From the NCBI GenBank assembly GCA_019058015.1, contig JAHLWH010000231.1:1-37159 (forward strand): a DNA stretch of 37,159 nt, written 5' to 3'. The notes under the pieces were generated by a model, which was given only the letters and a program-made list of their open reading frames with translations, had not been told where the DNA came from and ran no database searches. The stretch's first letter is position 1; the number at the start of each line of letters is the position of its first letter. Source of the stretch: Promethearchaeota archaeon (GTDB lineage Archaea; Asgardarchaeota; Lokiarchaeia; Sigyniarchaeales; SOKP01). Both the position numbers and the translations under genes were made by a program. Shown in pieces: positions 10,377-19,775 of the stretch.

Positions 10377-11639
10377 ATGACTACTATCAAACCAATAGAT
10401 ATTAGATTTTTTGACCCTTTTAACGAAGAAGTTTGTGATTTATGCGGTGAATGTCTAGTTCATTGTCCGATTATGGAATTTTCAGTTGAAGATTCAAAAA
10501 ATGAAATGAAAAAACTCATTGCTGGTGAAGGAACTGAACAAGTTTTAAAAAAGTGCCAGAGTTGCTTTACATGTAATTTTTACTGTCCTACTGATGCACA
10601 TCCTGCAAATCTTATCTTAAAACGGTGGAATGAACAATATGAAAAAAATGGATTAAAAAAGAGAGCTGAATATTATATAACACACTATCCCTATTATCCG
10701 AATTTCCGTACTTATGTAATTGACCATATGCCAGAAAATGCTAAAAAAATTTTAGAGAAATGGAAAAATCTAAGCCCAGTTGAGGATACATTAACATATC
10801 CTGGGTGTAATATTATTACATTTCCTGAATTAACTCAAGCAAGTTTCTTCAAAAATCTTGATATAAGAGGACGACTTGAATATTGCTGCGGTGAAACATT
10901 ATTTCGCACAGGTTATATAGATCAATTAAAACAAGTTGCTAAAAGATTGGATAAATGGTTTAACACTTTAAAACCCAAAAATCTACTTGTTCTCTGCACA
11001 GCTGGAACAAATGTTTTTAAAAATATTTTGCCGTATTACGGCTTAACTTATAAATTTGAATCAATTAAGTCGTATATTCAGTATCTTTGGGAACGAATTG
11101 AAAGTGGTAAGATTCAAATTAAGGAAAAATTAGATATGACCGTTACAATCCAAGAATCATGTTATAGTAAAATGTTTGGTGATGAATATATGGATATACC
11201 AAGAAAAATTTTAAATGCTATTGGAGTGAAAATTATTGAAACGGATGCATGTAGGGAAAAAATGAGATGTTGTGGGATTGGAGGTGGTTTTTCTATAAGT
11301 AGTGCATACCATCCAATGAATTTAATTAAATCGGGATTTAGAAATATTAGAGATTTTAAAAAGACAAAAGCAGATGCGATATGCGTTTATTGTGCAGGTT
11401 GTTTAGCCACGCTTTCGACAGTTCAAAAGTTGTATGTGAAGAAAAAAATGAAAATTTATCATATCATTGAATTATTACAAATGGCTATTGGAGAAAAACC
11501 AATATCCAAGAAAATAAAGAAGAAAAGAGCAAGACACTTTTTTTGGGGTATAATCAAGAAACAATTTCCAAAAATGTTATCCAAAAAAACTTTTAAAATG
11601 GTAGAAATCCCAGAAGATCCTCATCCTGAAGGTTATTAG
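10377..11639 (+). CDS. Fe-S oxidoreductase, HdrD/GlpC-like, paralog of the preceding gene
   Basis: CDLCGECLVHCP and CQSCFTCNFYCP; YPGC...CCG...C and ESC...CCG...CAGC. Confidence 0.85.
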   Translation: MTTIKPIDIRFFDPFNEEVCDLCGECLVHCPIMEFSVEDSKNEMKKLIAGEGTEQVLKKCQSCFTCNFYCPTDAHPANLILKRWNEQYEKNGLKKRAEYYITHYPYYPNFRTYVIDHMPENAKKILEKWKNLSPVEDTLTYPGCNIITFPELTQASFFKNLDIRGRLEYCCGETLFRTGYIDQLKQVAKRLDKWFNTLKPKNLLVLCTAGTNVFKNILPYYGLTYKFESIKSYIQYLWERIESGKIQIKEKLDMTVTIQESCYSKMFGDEYMDIPRKILNAIGVKIIETDACREKMRCCGIGGGFSISSAYHPMNLIKSGFRNIRDFKKTKADAICVYCAGCLATLSTVQKLYVKKKMKIYHIIELLQMAIGEKPISKKIKKKRARHFFWGIIKKQFPKMLSKKTFKMVEIPEDPHPEGY

Positions 11640-11758
11640 AGTTTTTAATTAAAATTTTCTTTATTTAAAAAAATATATCGATAACATAATATTTTTAAAA
11701 AAAATAGGTATTATTAATTATAATCTAACAAAATTTTTTCTAATAAAAGGGTATTCTT

Positions 11759-12274
11759 ATGGGAGTTTCAAAAATATGTCGAATTGCATTTCGGATTGCC
11801 TTGTATGTTATGACAATTTCTTTAACATTTACAGGTTTATTCGGTGGTCTTTCTGCTGTAGCCGTGTTTAGTGATTTTTCTGAAAATGTGAAAATACCAT
11901 CTGGTCCCATAACTGCACAATTAAATTTTAGTGAACCTATGCGTCTTGTAATACCTTTTAATTTAACTAATGCAGGATATTTTCCGCTTGATGAATTAAG
12001 GATAGGGATTGCAATTAATATGACTTATAATGTATCGCTATCACATATTATTATGCAAAAAGAGCAAGATTATCCAGAGATTGGAGCAGGTATTGAATTT
12101 GAGGGTAACTTCACGGCTACTGATGAGAGTTTCTCTATTCCATCAGGTGATATTGACATTTTTCATCCCCCAACTTTTACCATGAATCTTAACATTTCTG
12201 CCTATTATACATATCGATTACTTTTTTTTAGTGTTGAATTAAAAAATATACCATTATCATTAGGAGGTCCATAA
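11759..12274 (+). CDS. Hypothetical protein with an N-terminal TM helix and a beta-rich soluble domain
   Basis: 171-aa ORF with a hydrophobic N-terminus; first gene of a translationally coupled trio. Confidence 0.7.
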   Translation: MGVSKICRIAFRIALYVMTISLTFTGLFGGLSAVAVFSDFSENVKIPSGPITAQLNFSEPMRLVIPFNLTNAGYFPLDELRIGIAINMTYNVSLSHIIMQKEQDYPEIGAGIEFEGNFTATDESFSIPSGDIDIFHPPTFTMNLNISAYYTYRLLFFSVELKNIPLSLGGP

Positions 12275-12275
12275 A

Positions 12276-12809
12276 ATGGGAGGAATGAAGAATATCTTCA
12301 GAGGTTTTATCGGAATGGCTATATATATAATAACATTTATGCTGATACCAATTTTAACTTTTGATTTTGTGGATAATATGGAAATACCAGTTCCCCCAGA
12401 TCAAATTTTGAACATAGATATAGCTAAAGGAAATATAGACGTTGTTAAATTCTGGCTTATTGCATTAGGTTTAATGATTAGTGGTTTAGCATTTTTTACA
12501 TGGTCGTCTCCAAGAAACTCAAGAAGAAAAATAGTTTTTAGTATGTTATTAGTATTCACTAATTGCTTTTATTTATGGAGTTATAAATTTAGTGGGGCAA
12601 CATTATTTGGGATTGAGATTCCAGGACTTGGAAGTGTAACGCTTGATTTTGCTGAAATGGTAATGTTATATCTGGGAGCTTATACGTTAATAATTATAGC
12701 AAAAATTTGGAAGTTAATTGAAGTTGAAATTGGCAAAAGAAAAGAAAAGAAAGAAGAGAAGGTATATATCCCAGATTCTACTTTTGGTAAAGATGGAGGT
12801 GCAGTTTAA
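12276..12809 (+). CDS. Hypothetical membrane protein (about 4 TM)
   Basis: GGAGG SD embedded in the end of the upstream gene; four hydrophobic segments. Confidence 0.75.
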   Translation: MGGMKNIFRGFIGMAIYIITFMLIPILTFDFVDNMEIPVPPDQILNIDIAKGNIDVVKFWLIALGLMISGLAFFTWSSPRNSRRKIVFSMLLVFTNCFYLWSYKFSGATLFGIEIPGLGSVTLDFAEMVMLYLGAYTLIIIAKIWKLIEVEIGKRKEKKEEKVYIPDSTFGKDGGAV

Positions 12810-13157
12810 ATGATATTACAAGTTGATATATTAAGAATGATTGCAGAATTCATTGGAACGATATTTTACTATTCTAGAGCGGTTTTAACACCATTTGGTG
12901 AAGTAATGAAATTATGGATTGATGCGGTTTTAGGTTTAATGAATCAATATATTCCAATGGAAATAAGCATTTATGCCATAATATTTGTTGTTTTAATAAT
13001 TTGCGGTGTTATCATTAATTATCATTGGCCGGGAGAAAAAAAAGGTAAAGAAAAAAAAGAAAAAAAGGAAATTGAACCTTCTGCTGATAAATGTAAATAT
13101 TGTGGAAAACCGATAGGAGATTCAGAGTTCTGTCCTTATTGTGGTTCAAGAAATTAA
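12810..13157 (+). CDS. Small membrane protein with a C-terminal zinc ribbon
   Basis: GGAGGTG SD; TM segment, Lys/Glu linker, CKYC-x8-CPYCG. Confidence 0.8.
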   Translation: MILQVDILRMIAEFIGTIFYYSRAVLTPFGEVMKLWIDAVLGLMNQYIPMEISIYAIIFVVLIICGVIINYHWPGEKKGKEKKEKKEIEPSADKCKYCGKPIGDSEFCPYCGSRN

Positions 13158-13181
13158 TAGAAAAGAAAATAATTATTTTAC

Positions 13182-13835
13182 TTAAATATTTTTTATTTTT
13201 TTTAATAATTCTACAGCTCTCACGCCTATATTTTTCGCTACTATTTGCCCGATCTCGTCGATTTCCCCTTTTTTTATAAATTCTTTCCGCCCATATTTTT
13301 GTAAGGATGTCATTGGAATATTCTCATCTATCACAGGATTTCCTAACGCACCAAAACAAACCATACCTTGAATAAAGGCAAAATTTATTAAATCTGATAC
13401 AACTCCTTCAGCACCACCATTTCTTAAGCCTGATGCTCCCATAGGTGCAAAAATTATATCTTTTAATTTATAATTTGCCATTTTCCAAGGTCTTGAACGA
13501 TCTATAAATACTTTAGTTAGACCGGATACACTTCCAAAATAACACGGAGCTGCCATAAAAATTGCATCAGCACTTAATATTTTTTCTTCTAATTTTTTAA
13601 AATCATCCTTTTCAGATAATGGACATTCATACGGCTCCCGCAAGCATTGATCACAACCTGTACATTGCTCCAATTTATAATCCACCAAATAAATTTTTTC
13701 AATTTCAATAGTTTCATCTGTTTCTTTAGCTCCTTTCAGTGATTCTTCTACTAAGAAATCACAAGATCGATTTTTTCTTGGAGATCCACAAATTCCTAGA
13801 ATTTTTAAAAGACTTTTTTCAATCTCTTCTGCCAA
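13182..13835 (-). CDS. Flavodoxin-fold iron-sulfur flavoprotein / NAD(P)H-dependent FMN reductase family
   Basis: GICGSPR, CTGCDQC-x6-C, AAPCYFG and K.FIDR motifs; AGGTG SD before a TTG start. Confidence 0.88.
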   Translation of the reverse strand: MAEEIEKSLLKILGICGSPRKNRSCDFLVEESLKGAKETDETIEIEKIYLVDYKLEQCTGCDQCLREPYECPLSEKDDFKKLEEKILSADAIFMAAPCYFGSVSGLTKVFIDRSRPWKMANYKLKDIIFAPMGASGLRNGGAEGVVSDLINFAFIQGMVCFGALGNPVIDENIPMTSLQKYGRKEFIKKGEIDEIGQIVAKNIGVRAVELLKKIKNI

Positions 13836-14262
13836 TTTTCACTTTCACCTAAATAATTAATAATAAATACGGATATTAAATTTATATATTATTCAATTTC
13901 AATTTATAAAAAGATAAAAATCAATTTATAGAAAAATGTAAACTATAATAATTTTATAAATTTATGGAAAATATCACTTTATTAATCCAATAATACTTCT
14001 TCTGGTCTTTTCTTTTACTTTATTTTAAGGTCTCCTAAGAGGAATTATTAAGAAAACTATAAATATAAAATAATCAATTGCTCAAATATTATATTCAATA
14101 AAATATCATATTCTATTAAGGATCTTATTCTATTAAACTAGAAATATAAATTTTATATATTTGAAAAACATTAAGTATTATAAGGGAGATGTTTTTAACT
14201 TATTATATTACAATTGGGTTAAAAATTTTTTAATTTAGAAAGTATAAGATAGTAAGGGTACT

Positions 14263-15003
14263 ATGAAATACTTTAGAGAATTAACGAAAGAATTTAAGAG
14301 TAAAAAAGATATCGAACAAAAGTTGGATTTCTATCAAAATTTCATTGAGCAAAAGTTATCAGAAAATGATTTACTATCTGCTTTAAATAAATGTCAATCT
14401 GCCTTAACACTACGCAGAGAAAATAAAGATTTTGGATTTGGGACTTACGTTAAGAGATTTAATGAATTAAATGAATTAATTAATCAAAAAATCTTAGAAT
14501 TCCGTAATTCTTATGAAGTCAAATTATTAAATATGAATTACATAACCCTTACTTCTGAAAATTTAGAAGAAGTATTAAAAAAATTTGTAAATATTAAGAA
14601 TCAAATACTAAAAGAAAAAAGCAAAGCGCTTCTAGAAGATATCAATCAACGAATAAACCTTATTTTAGATTATATTAAGAAATCATATGAACTGTTAGGA
14701 ATATATGATATCTTAAATTATAACCAGGTTATTGAAACAACCAGTTCCTTGATTTTGAAAGCTAAATCTGATAATCTTGACATTTTTAGAAACTTTTTTG
14801 AAAAATTACAGTCAGAATTAGTTAAAAAGAAAGTAAATGAAATCGGGGCTTCCTCGGATATAATATCCCTCTATGACTTAAGTAAAAAATGCCTAATTAA
14901 TGAATATGAGCTTGAAAAAATTATTAAAACAATGATTCAGGAAAAAGATTCATGGATAAGAGTTTATATAAAAGAAACTAAGACTGTAATTTTTGAAGAG
15001 TAA
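14263..15003 (+). CDS. Helical hypothetical protein with a C-terminal PCI-like winged helix
   Basis: C-terminal IISLYDLSKKCLINEYELEKIIKTMIQEK...VIFE resembles the PCI winged-helix pattern (by eye). Confidence 0.6.
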   Translation: MKYFRELTKEFKSKKDIEQKLDFYQNFIEQKLSENDLLSALNKCQSALTLRRENKDFGFGTYVKRFNELNELINQKILEFRNSYEVKLLNMNYITLTSENLEEVLKKFVNIKNQILKEKSKALLEDINQRINLILDYIKKSYELLGIYDILNYNQVIETTSSLILKAKSDNLDIFRNFFEKLQSELVKKKVNEIGASSDIISLYDLSKKCLINEYELEKIIKTMIQEKDSWIRVYIKETKTVIFEE

Positions 15004-15173
15004 TGAGATAAAAAACCAATTGTTAATAAATTTTGATAATACTATTTCTGTAAATATTGATATTAACTCATCAATAAATAAATACTAAAATGGAACCCAT
15101 AAAAATTATAATACTAAGGAATTAAACCAAGAATCCTGCTATTGATTCTTCTAAGGATTTTCCTTACTAAACC

Positions 15174-16094
15174 TCATAATGCTCGATAAGAATCAGGTCT
15201 CAAAATATTCGGATTTTCTATACCCTTTTTTATGGTTTTAAGAATTTTTGATTTATCTTGATCCAAAATACCTCCTATAGGTAAATAATTAGACGCGTGA
15301 TTAGTACGAAAAACGCAATTTGCGTTAGGATTATTCTTAAAATCAATCTTTTCAATAAATAGATATAATTCTTTTAAAATATCTAAAGTTTCCATCTCGT
15401 GAAATTCATTATTTACTTTTCTTTTAAAAAGCTCAGTACCGGGAGGTACCATGAGGGTCAAACAAGCAATATACCAAAGTATGTCATCATCTGGGCAGAT
15501 CTTATTTACTAAATCCGCTGAATTGATGGCAGAGAGTTCAGATAAATCTTTATTATCACCCCCTAACCCTAATATTAATGTTGCAGAAAGAGTAATACCT
15601 GATTTCATTAATTTTTTACTCGCTGAAATTAGCTCTTCCTTAGTTGTATGCTTATTCATCATTTTAAGTAATTTATCGGACCCAGACTCGAATCCAACAT
15701 AGGCAATTCCCAAACCTGCCTTATTTAATTCTCTCAATTCCTCATCAGACTTCTTAAGAATATCTTTCGCGTGAGCGTAAACTCCACATCTTACAAATGG
15801 AAATACCTTTCTTGCATACTTAGTTATTTCTAATAATTTTTCTGTGGGTATTACCATTGCGTTTCCATCCAAGAAGAAAATCTTTTTTACATTGGGACCA
15901 TGAATTTTTCTTCCAATATCCAAATCTTTCTTTATATCTTTAATGTCTCTGATTACAAATTTCTTACTTAAATTTGACATACAGAAAGTACAACGAAATG
16001 AACAGCCCTCAGTCGCTTGAATCAAAAGAGAATATGCTTCTGAAGGAGGCCTAAAAACTGGATGGCAGTAATAAATACTCTCTTGATTAGACAT
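15174..16094 (-). CDS. Radical SAM protein
   Basis: RPPSE...GCSFRCTFC (CX3CX2C), FFLDGNA, YVGFESGSD and FRTNHASNYL motifs. Confidence 0.92.
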   Translation of the reverse strand: MSNQESIYYCHPVFRPPSEAYSLLIQATEGCSFRCTFCMSNLSKKFVIRDIKDIKKDLDIGRKIHGPNVKKIFFLDGNAMVIPTEKLLEITKYARKVFPFVRCGVYAHAKDILKKSDEELRELNKAGLGIAYVGFESGSDKLLKMMNKHTTKEELISASKKLMKSGITLSATLILGLGGDNKDLSELSAINSADLVNKICPDDDILWYIACLTLMVPPGTELFKRKVNNEFHEMETLDILKELYLFIEKIDFKNNPNANCVFRTNHASNYLPIGGILDQDKSKILKTIKKGIENPNILRPDSYRAL

Positions 16095-16155
16095 CTTAAT
16101 CTTTAAAATTTATTTCTTATTGACTTATAATGAAATCGAGATTTATATTGTAAGT

Positions 16156-16797
16156 TTACTTCTTTGGAGCTTTTTTACATTTATGCCTGCTCAATCTCAA
16201 AAAAGTTTTTCCACAATAAGGACACACCTCCCCTTTCTGTGCATCTTTTGATTTTTCAGTTGGAGGTTTAGGTTTTCTTCCTCTAGTTTTTATCATCTTA
16301 CTTTTAGAAGGAGCAAATTCACAAATAGCCATATGAGCAGAAAGATCTTCAAAAAAGTCGCCGCAATAAGGACACTCTGATGTAAGTTCTCCAAATTCTT
16401 TTTTGCTTACTTTTGAAGTTCCTTTTGAGCGTTTTTTATATTTAATTTCTTTAGTCCTCTCCTCCTCTTCTTCGAATTCACTTACATCCAAATCAATATC
16501 TTCTAATAATTCAGCTTCTAACTCTTTTATTTCTACTTTTTTTACTATCGGAATTTTTTTCTCAGCCGTCTTCTTGCTTTTTTTATATACTTCATTGATT
16601 GTTATATTTGAATTCGGTTCATAATATTCGCAAACCTGACATACATATGCACCTGAAGAACCATGAGAACCTAACACTAATTCTCTTGATGAACAAACAC
16701 AAAGTGGTTGGAGACAATTAGACACATCGCCTGCCGGTTTAAGATGGATGCAGGCGATCTTTCTTTTAAATTTTATTTTAACTTTTCTTCTGGGAAT
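16156..16797 (-). CDS. Multi-zinc-finger, basic/acidic putative nucleic-acid-binding protein
   Basis: N-terminal Cys cluster, acidic tract, CPYC-x8-H-x3-C, RGRKPK and CPYC-x8-HKC. The frame is open upstream of GTG 16725 to ATT 16797 (IPRRKVKIKFKRK...); the start is uncertain. Confidence 0.7.
   Translation of the reverse strand: MPRRKVKIKFKRKIACIHLKPAGDVSNCLQPLCVCSSRELVLGSHGSSGAYVCQVCEYYEPNSNITINEVYKKSKKTAEKKIPIVKKVEIKELEAELLEDIDLDVSEFEEEEERTKEIKYKKRSKGTSKVSKKEFGELTSECPYCGDFFEDLSAHMAICEFAPSKSKMIKTRGRKPKPPTEKSKDAQKGEVCPYCGKTFLRLSRHKCKKAPKK
16726..16758. repeat. Perfect 9-bp GC-rich inverted repeat (ATCGCCTGC / GCAGGCGAT) with a 15-nt loop
   Basis: Arms at 16726-16734 and 16750-16758, read directly from the sequence. 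Confidence 0.75.
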
Positions 16798-16907
16798 TTT
16801 AAATCACAAAAAATTAGTTTGTTTAAATAAAGAAATACTTTACATTAATACAATTAACCATTTAATTTAATTTTTTTTAAATGAAAAATCGCTGTCTCGT
16901 AAAATAA

Positions 16908-18482
16908 TTATTCGAAATTTTTTAGCTCTGATTCAATTTTACTTTTAACATTTTGGTCGGTTATCTGGTTTAGATTTTTTTTAATAGTTTCTTTAAGATT
17001 ATTAATTCTTTCTTTAATGTGTTTTGGACTATCCCAAACTGTTGTTCTTAATGGATGAATCTTTTCAAGAGCTTTATTAAAATTTTTTAGTGCTTCAAGA
17101 AAAAATAGAGAAGCTCTATCAATATCTTTTAGATGAGTAGAATAAATTGCCGCAATTTTTTGATTGCATAAACCTGTTCCATAAAAATCCATGGTATTTT
17201 CATAGAATATAGCAGCTTGTTCGATATCTTCTAATCCTTCCTTTATAGAATTTTTTATTGTTTTAATAAAACCAATAATGAATTTAGCTCCCGCCATATA
17301 GAATAAAGATCCATTTGATTCAGCAATTTTAAATAGTTCTTCAGAATTTTGTTCAGCTAATGGATAATGATTATTATGTAAACAATTTTCACTTAATTTG
17401 CTTAAATATTCCATTACCTTGTCAATTTTATTTATATCTTTAAGAATTTTCAAACCTTTTTTATATTTTTCAACACCTTCAAATGAATTTTTTTGTCTGA
17501 ATGCTTGATTCCCCTCAAAAAATAATTCATCAGCCATTTTTAATTTTTGAGAGTCGTCATGTTTCTCTGACTGCATAATTTCAGAGGCGTCACGAAAAAT
17601 ATCTTTCATATCAAATTCTCCTTCTATCTCTAAAGGTATTTCGTTTAATTCAGGCATAGTTACTTGAGAAATATTTTTGCGATTAAGATCTGATTCTTTA
17701 GTTAAATCATCATGGACTTTTTCTGGATGATGAGTGAATTGTGGTGTATAACTGGAAACATTTTCTCCATATGCTGATTGTAATGGTTTTCCGCTTGTAA
17801 CTAAAGCAGAAAGTTCAGTCATCACATTCGCAAAAAAGAATTTATTCAATCCGTCAATAAAATAATCTACTTTATGATAATTATTTTCGAATCCTGGATC
17901 ATTGATATCCATATTTACATCATTCATTCGATATATTTCAAACCCAGTGTCATATTTGGTAATCATATGTTCTGAATTAGCAACTTTTTCTCTTTTCTTT
18001 TTCCCCAATAAAGTATGATCAAAAACCAATCCGCAAGAATCCTTATTTTTCCCTTGAAAGCCGATATGATTTATTAAGTCAACATATGAATAAAACAGTC
18101 CTAAACCAGGATGACTATGAAACCAACCCACAATAAAACGACCTTGGTTTTCTTCATATAATTTATTTTCAATAGATTCAATAAAACCGTAATGTCTTTC
18201 ATCTAATTGAACATCAGTACTATGCCCAAATGTGAGAGCTTCAGCTCTTTCAACAATAACTACAGCATCTGTAATATGTCCTATTAAAATTCCATAGATC
18301 TCTTTCCATTGGGCTGGAGGTATAGCTTGGTTAGCATATCTACTTGCATACAATATAATCGTTTTATAAGCTTCTGCTTTAACTACAATTGGTTTTTCGC
18401 TTTCTTCTTCCTCCTTTCTGGTTTCTATTTCTTTTTCTTCATTTTCGTTATTTTTCATTGGTTCTTCTGTTTTCTTACTCAT
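16908..18482 (-). CDS. MPN+/JAMM metalloprotease domain fused to C-terminal TPR/SNAP-like helical repeats
   Basis: EIYGILIG...IVGWFHSHPGLGLFYSYVD is a complete E...HxH-x7-S-x2-D motif; the C-terminal ~210 aa show TPR-like helix pairs. Confidence 0.85.
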   Translation of the reverse strand: MSKKTEEPMKNNENEEKEIETRKEEEESEKPIVVKAEAYKTIILYASRYANQAIPPAQWKEIYGILIGHITDAVVIVERAEALTFGHSTDVQLDERHYGFIESIENKLYEENQGRFIVGWFHSHPGLGLFYSYVDLINHIGFQGKNKDSCGLVFDHTLLGKKKREKVANSEHMITKYDTGFEIYRMNDVNMDINDPGFENNYHKVDYFIDGLNKFFFANVMTELSALVTSGKPLQSAYGENVSSYTPQFTHHPEKVHDDLTKESDLNRKNISQVTMPELNEIPLEIEGEFDMKDIFRDASEIMQSEKHDDSQKLKMADELFFEGNQAFRQKNSFEGVEKYKKGLKILKDINKIDKVMEYLSKLSENCLHNNHYPLAEQNSEELFKIAESNGSLFYMAGAKFIIGFIKTIKNSIKEGLEDIEQAAIFYENTMDFYGTGLCNQKIAAIYSTHLKDIDRASLFFLEALKNFNKALEKIHPLRTTVWDSPKHIKERINNLKETIKKNLNQITDQNVKSKIESELKNFE

Positions 18483-18647
18483 AACAAATCTCCATGAAAG
18501 AAACTTTTATTCTAATAAAATAATACAAATTTGTTATTATAAATAAAATTATTGAAAGGCATTTTAGATTCAGTTCTATTTTTAAGTTTCTTATATTTAA
18601 TTGATCGATTAGGAACAAATTTAAGCAATCCAGAACCAAAAGAAATA

Positions 18648-19625
18648 ATGACTGGTGAATTATTTGCAATTTTTGCTGTACTTACTTTTGTAGTATCTAA
18701 CATTCTATTTAGAAAAACTGAACATGAAGCATCTCCTTCTTTTATAAATTTTTTTCGCACAGGGATTGGAACTTTAACATTTATCATTTTAGCTTTAGTA
18801 TTTGAAGTATTTTTTCATATCTTTTTGCTCCCTTTGACTTTATGGTTCATATTAATCTTGAGTTTTATTTTCGGACAAGTCATAGGTGATACATCATACT
18901 TTAAGGCTCAAAAAGAGTTGGGGACCGCAAAAGCTTTATCTATTTCAATGACATTTCCACTATTTACATTTATTATATCAATGATATTTCTTAACTATCC
19001 GTTTGATATTAGGATATTTATTTCAATTCTTTTAATTGGGATTGGGGTTGTAATTATTGCGACCTCTAAAATTAATCTAGAGGATGTTAATGTTTCTAAT
19101 GTGGATCAAACTTCAGTTTCCAAGGATTTTAACAATTTTGAAATCAATTCACGAACATTTTCACCAACAGTTATTTTTGGTTTGATAGCATCATTAGGTT
19201 GGGCAATTGGTGCTATATTAATTGAATACGCTCTGAATGAAATTGACCGTATCCTACAAATAGAAGCATTCAGTTCTATTATTGGAAATGTAATCAGATT
19301 TCCATTCGTTTTTTTGATTTTAACTTTAATTATTTGGAGAGAAGAGCATATTCAGACCAAAATTAAATCATCCCATCGAAAAAATAAGTCTACCCAAATG
19401 TGGTATTGGTTAATTATTGGCTCTATTATAGGTACTTCAATAGGTGCTTTTCTATATACTGAAGCAGTTCGAACAGCAGGAGCTACCTTTATAGCCATAA
19501 TAGCAAGTGCAAGTCCTTTATTCGCACTTCCACTAGATTATTTAATTAATGGCGAAAAAATTTCAAAAAAAGGATTTTTAGGTGTTATCTTGACAATAGT
19601 GGGAGTAATCGTGATTCTACTATAA
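18648..19625 (+). CDS. DMT/EamA family transporter
   Basis: About 10 TM segments in two EamA repeats, with GEKISKKGFLGVIL at the C-terminus; ATG 18648 is preferred over TTG 18552. Confidence 0.88.
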   Translation: MTGELFAIFAVLTFVVSNILFRKTEHEASPSFINFFRTGIGTLTFIILALVFEVFFHIFLLPLTLWFILILSFIFGQVIGDTSYFKAQKELGTAKALSISMTFPLFTFIISMIFLNYPFDIRIFISILLIGIGVVIIATSKINLEDVNVSNVDQTSVSKDFNNFEINSRTFSPTVIFGLIASLGWAIGAILIEYALNEIDRILQIEAFSSIIGNVIRFPFVFLILTLIIWREEHIQTKIKSSHRKNKSTQMWYWLIIGSIIGTSIGAFLYTEAVRTAGATFIAIIASASPLFALPLDYLINGEKISKKGFLGVILTIVGVIVILL

Positions 19626-19775
19626 ATTTTCAATATAGTTTAACTTTTTAGCCAATCTCTTGGATAATTATCTCATTTTAATAGATGAATTCTTTTTAAA
19701 TATTTAATATTTCAATAAATTTACCTTCTATAAATTGAGAAAACATAAAAATTATGATTTTAAATATTAATTATT

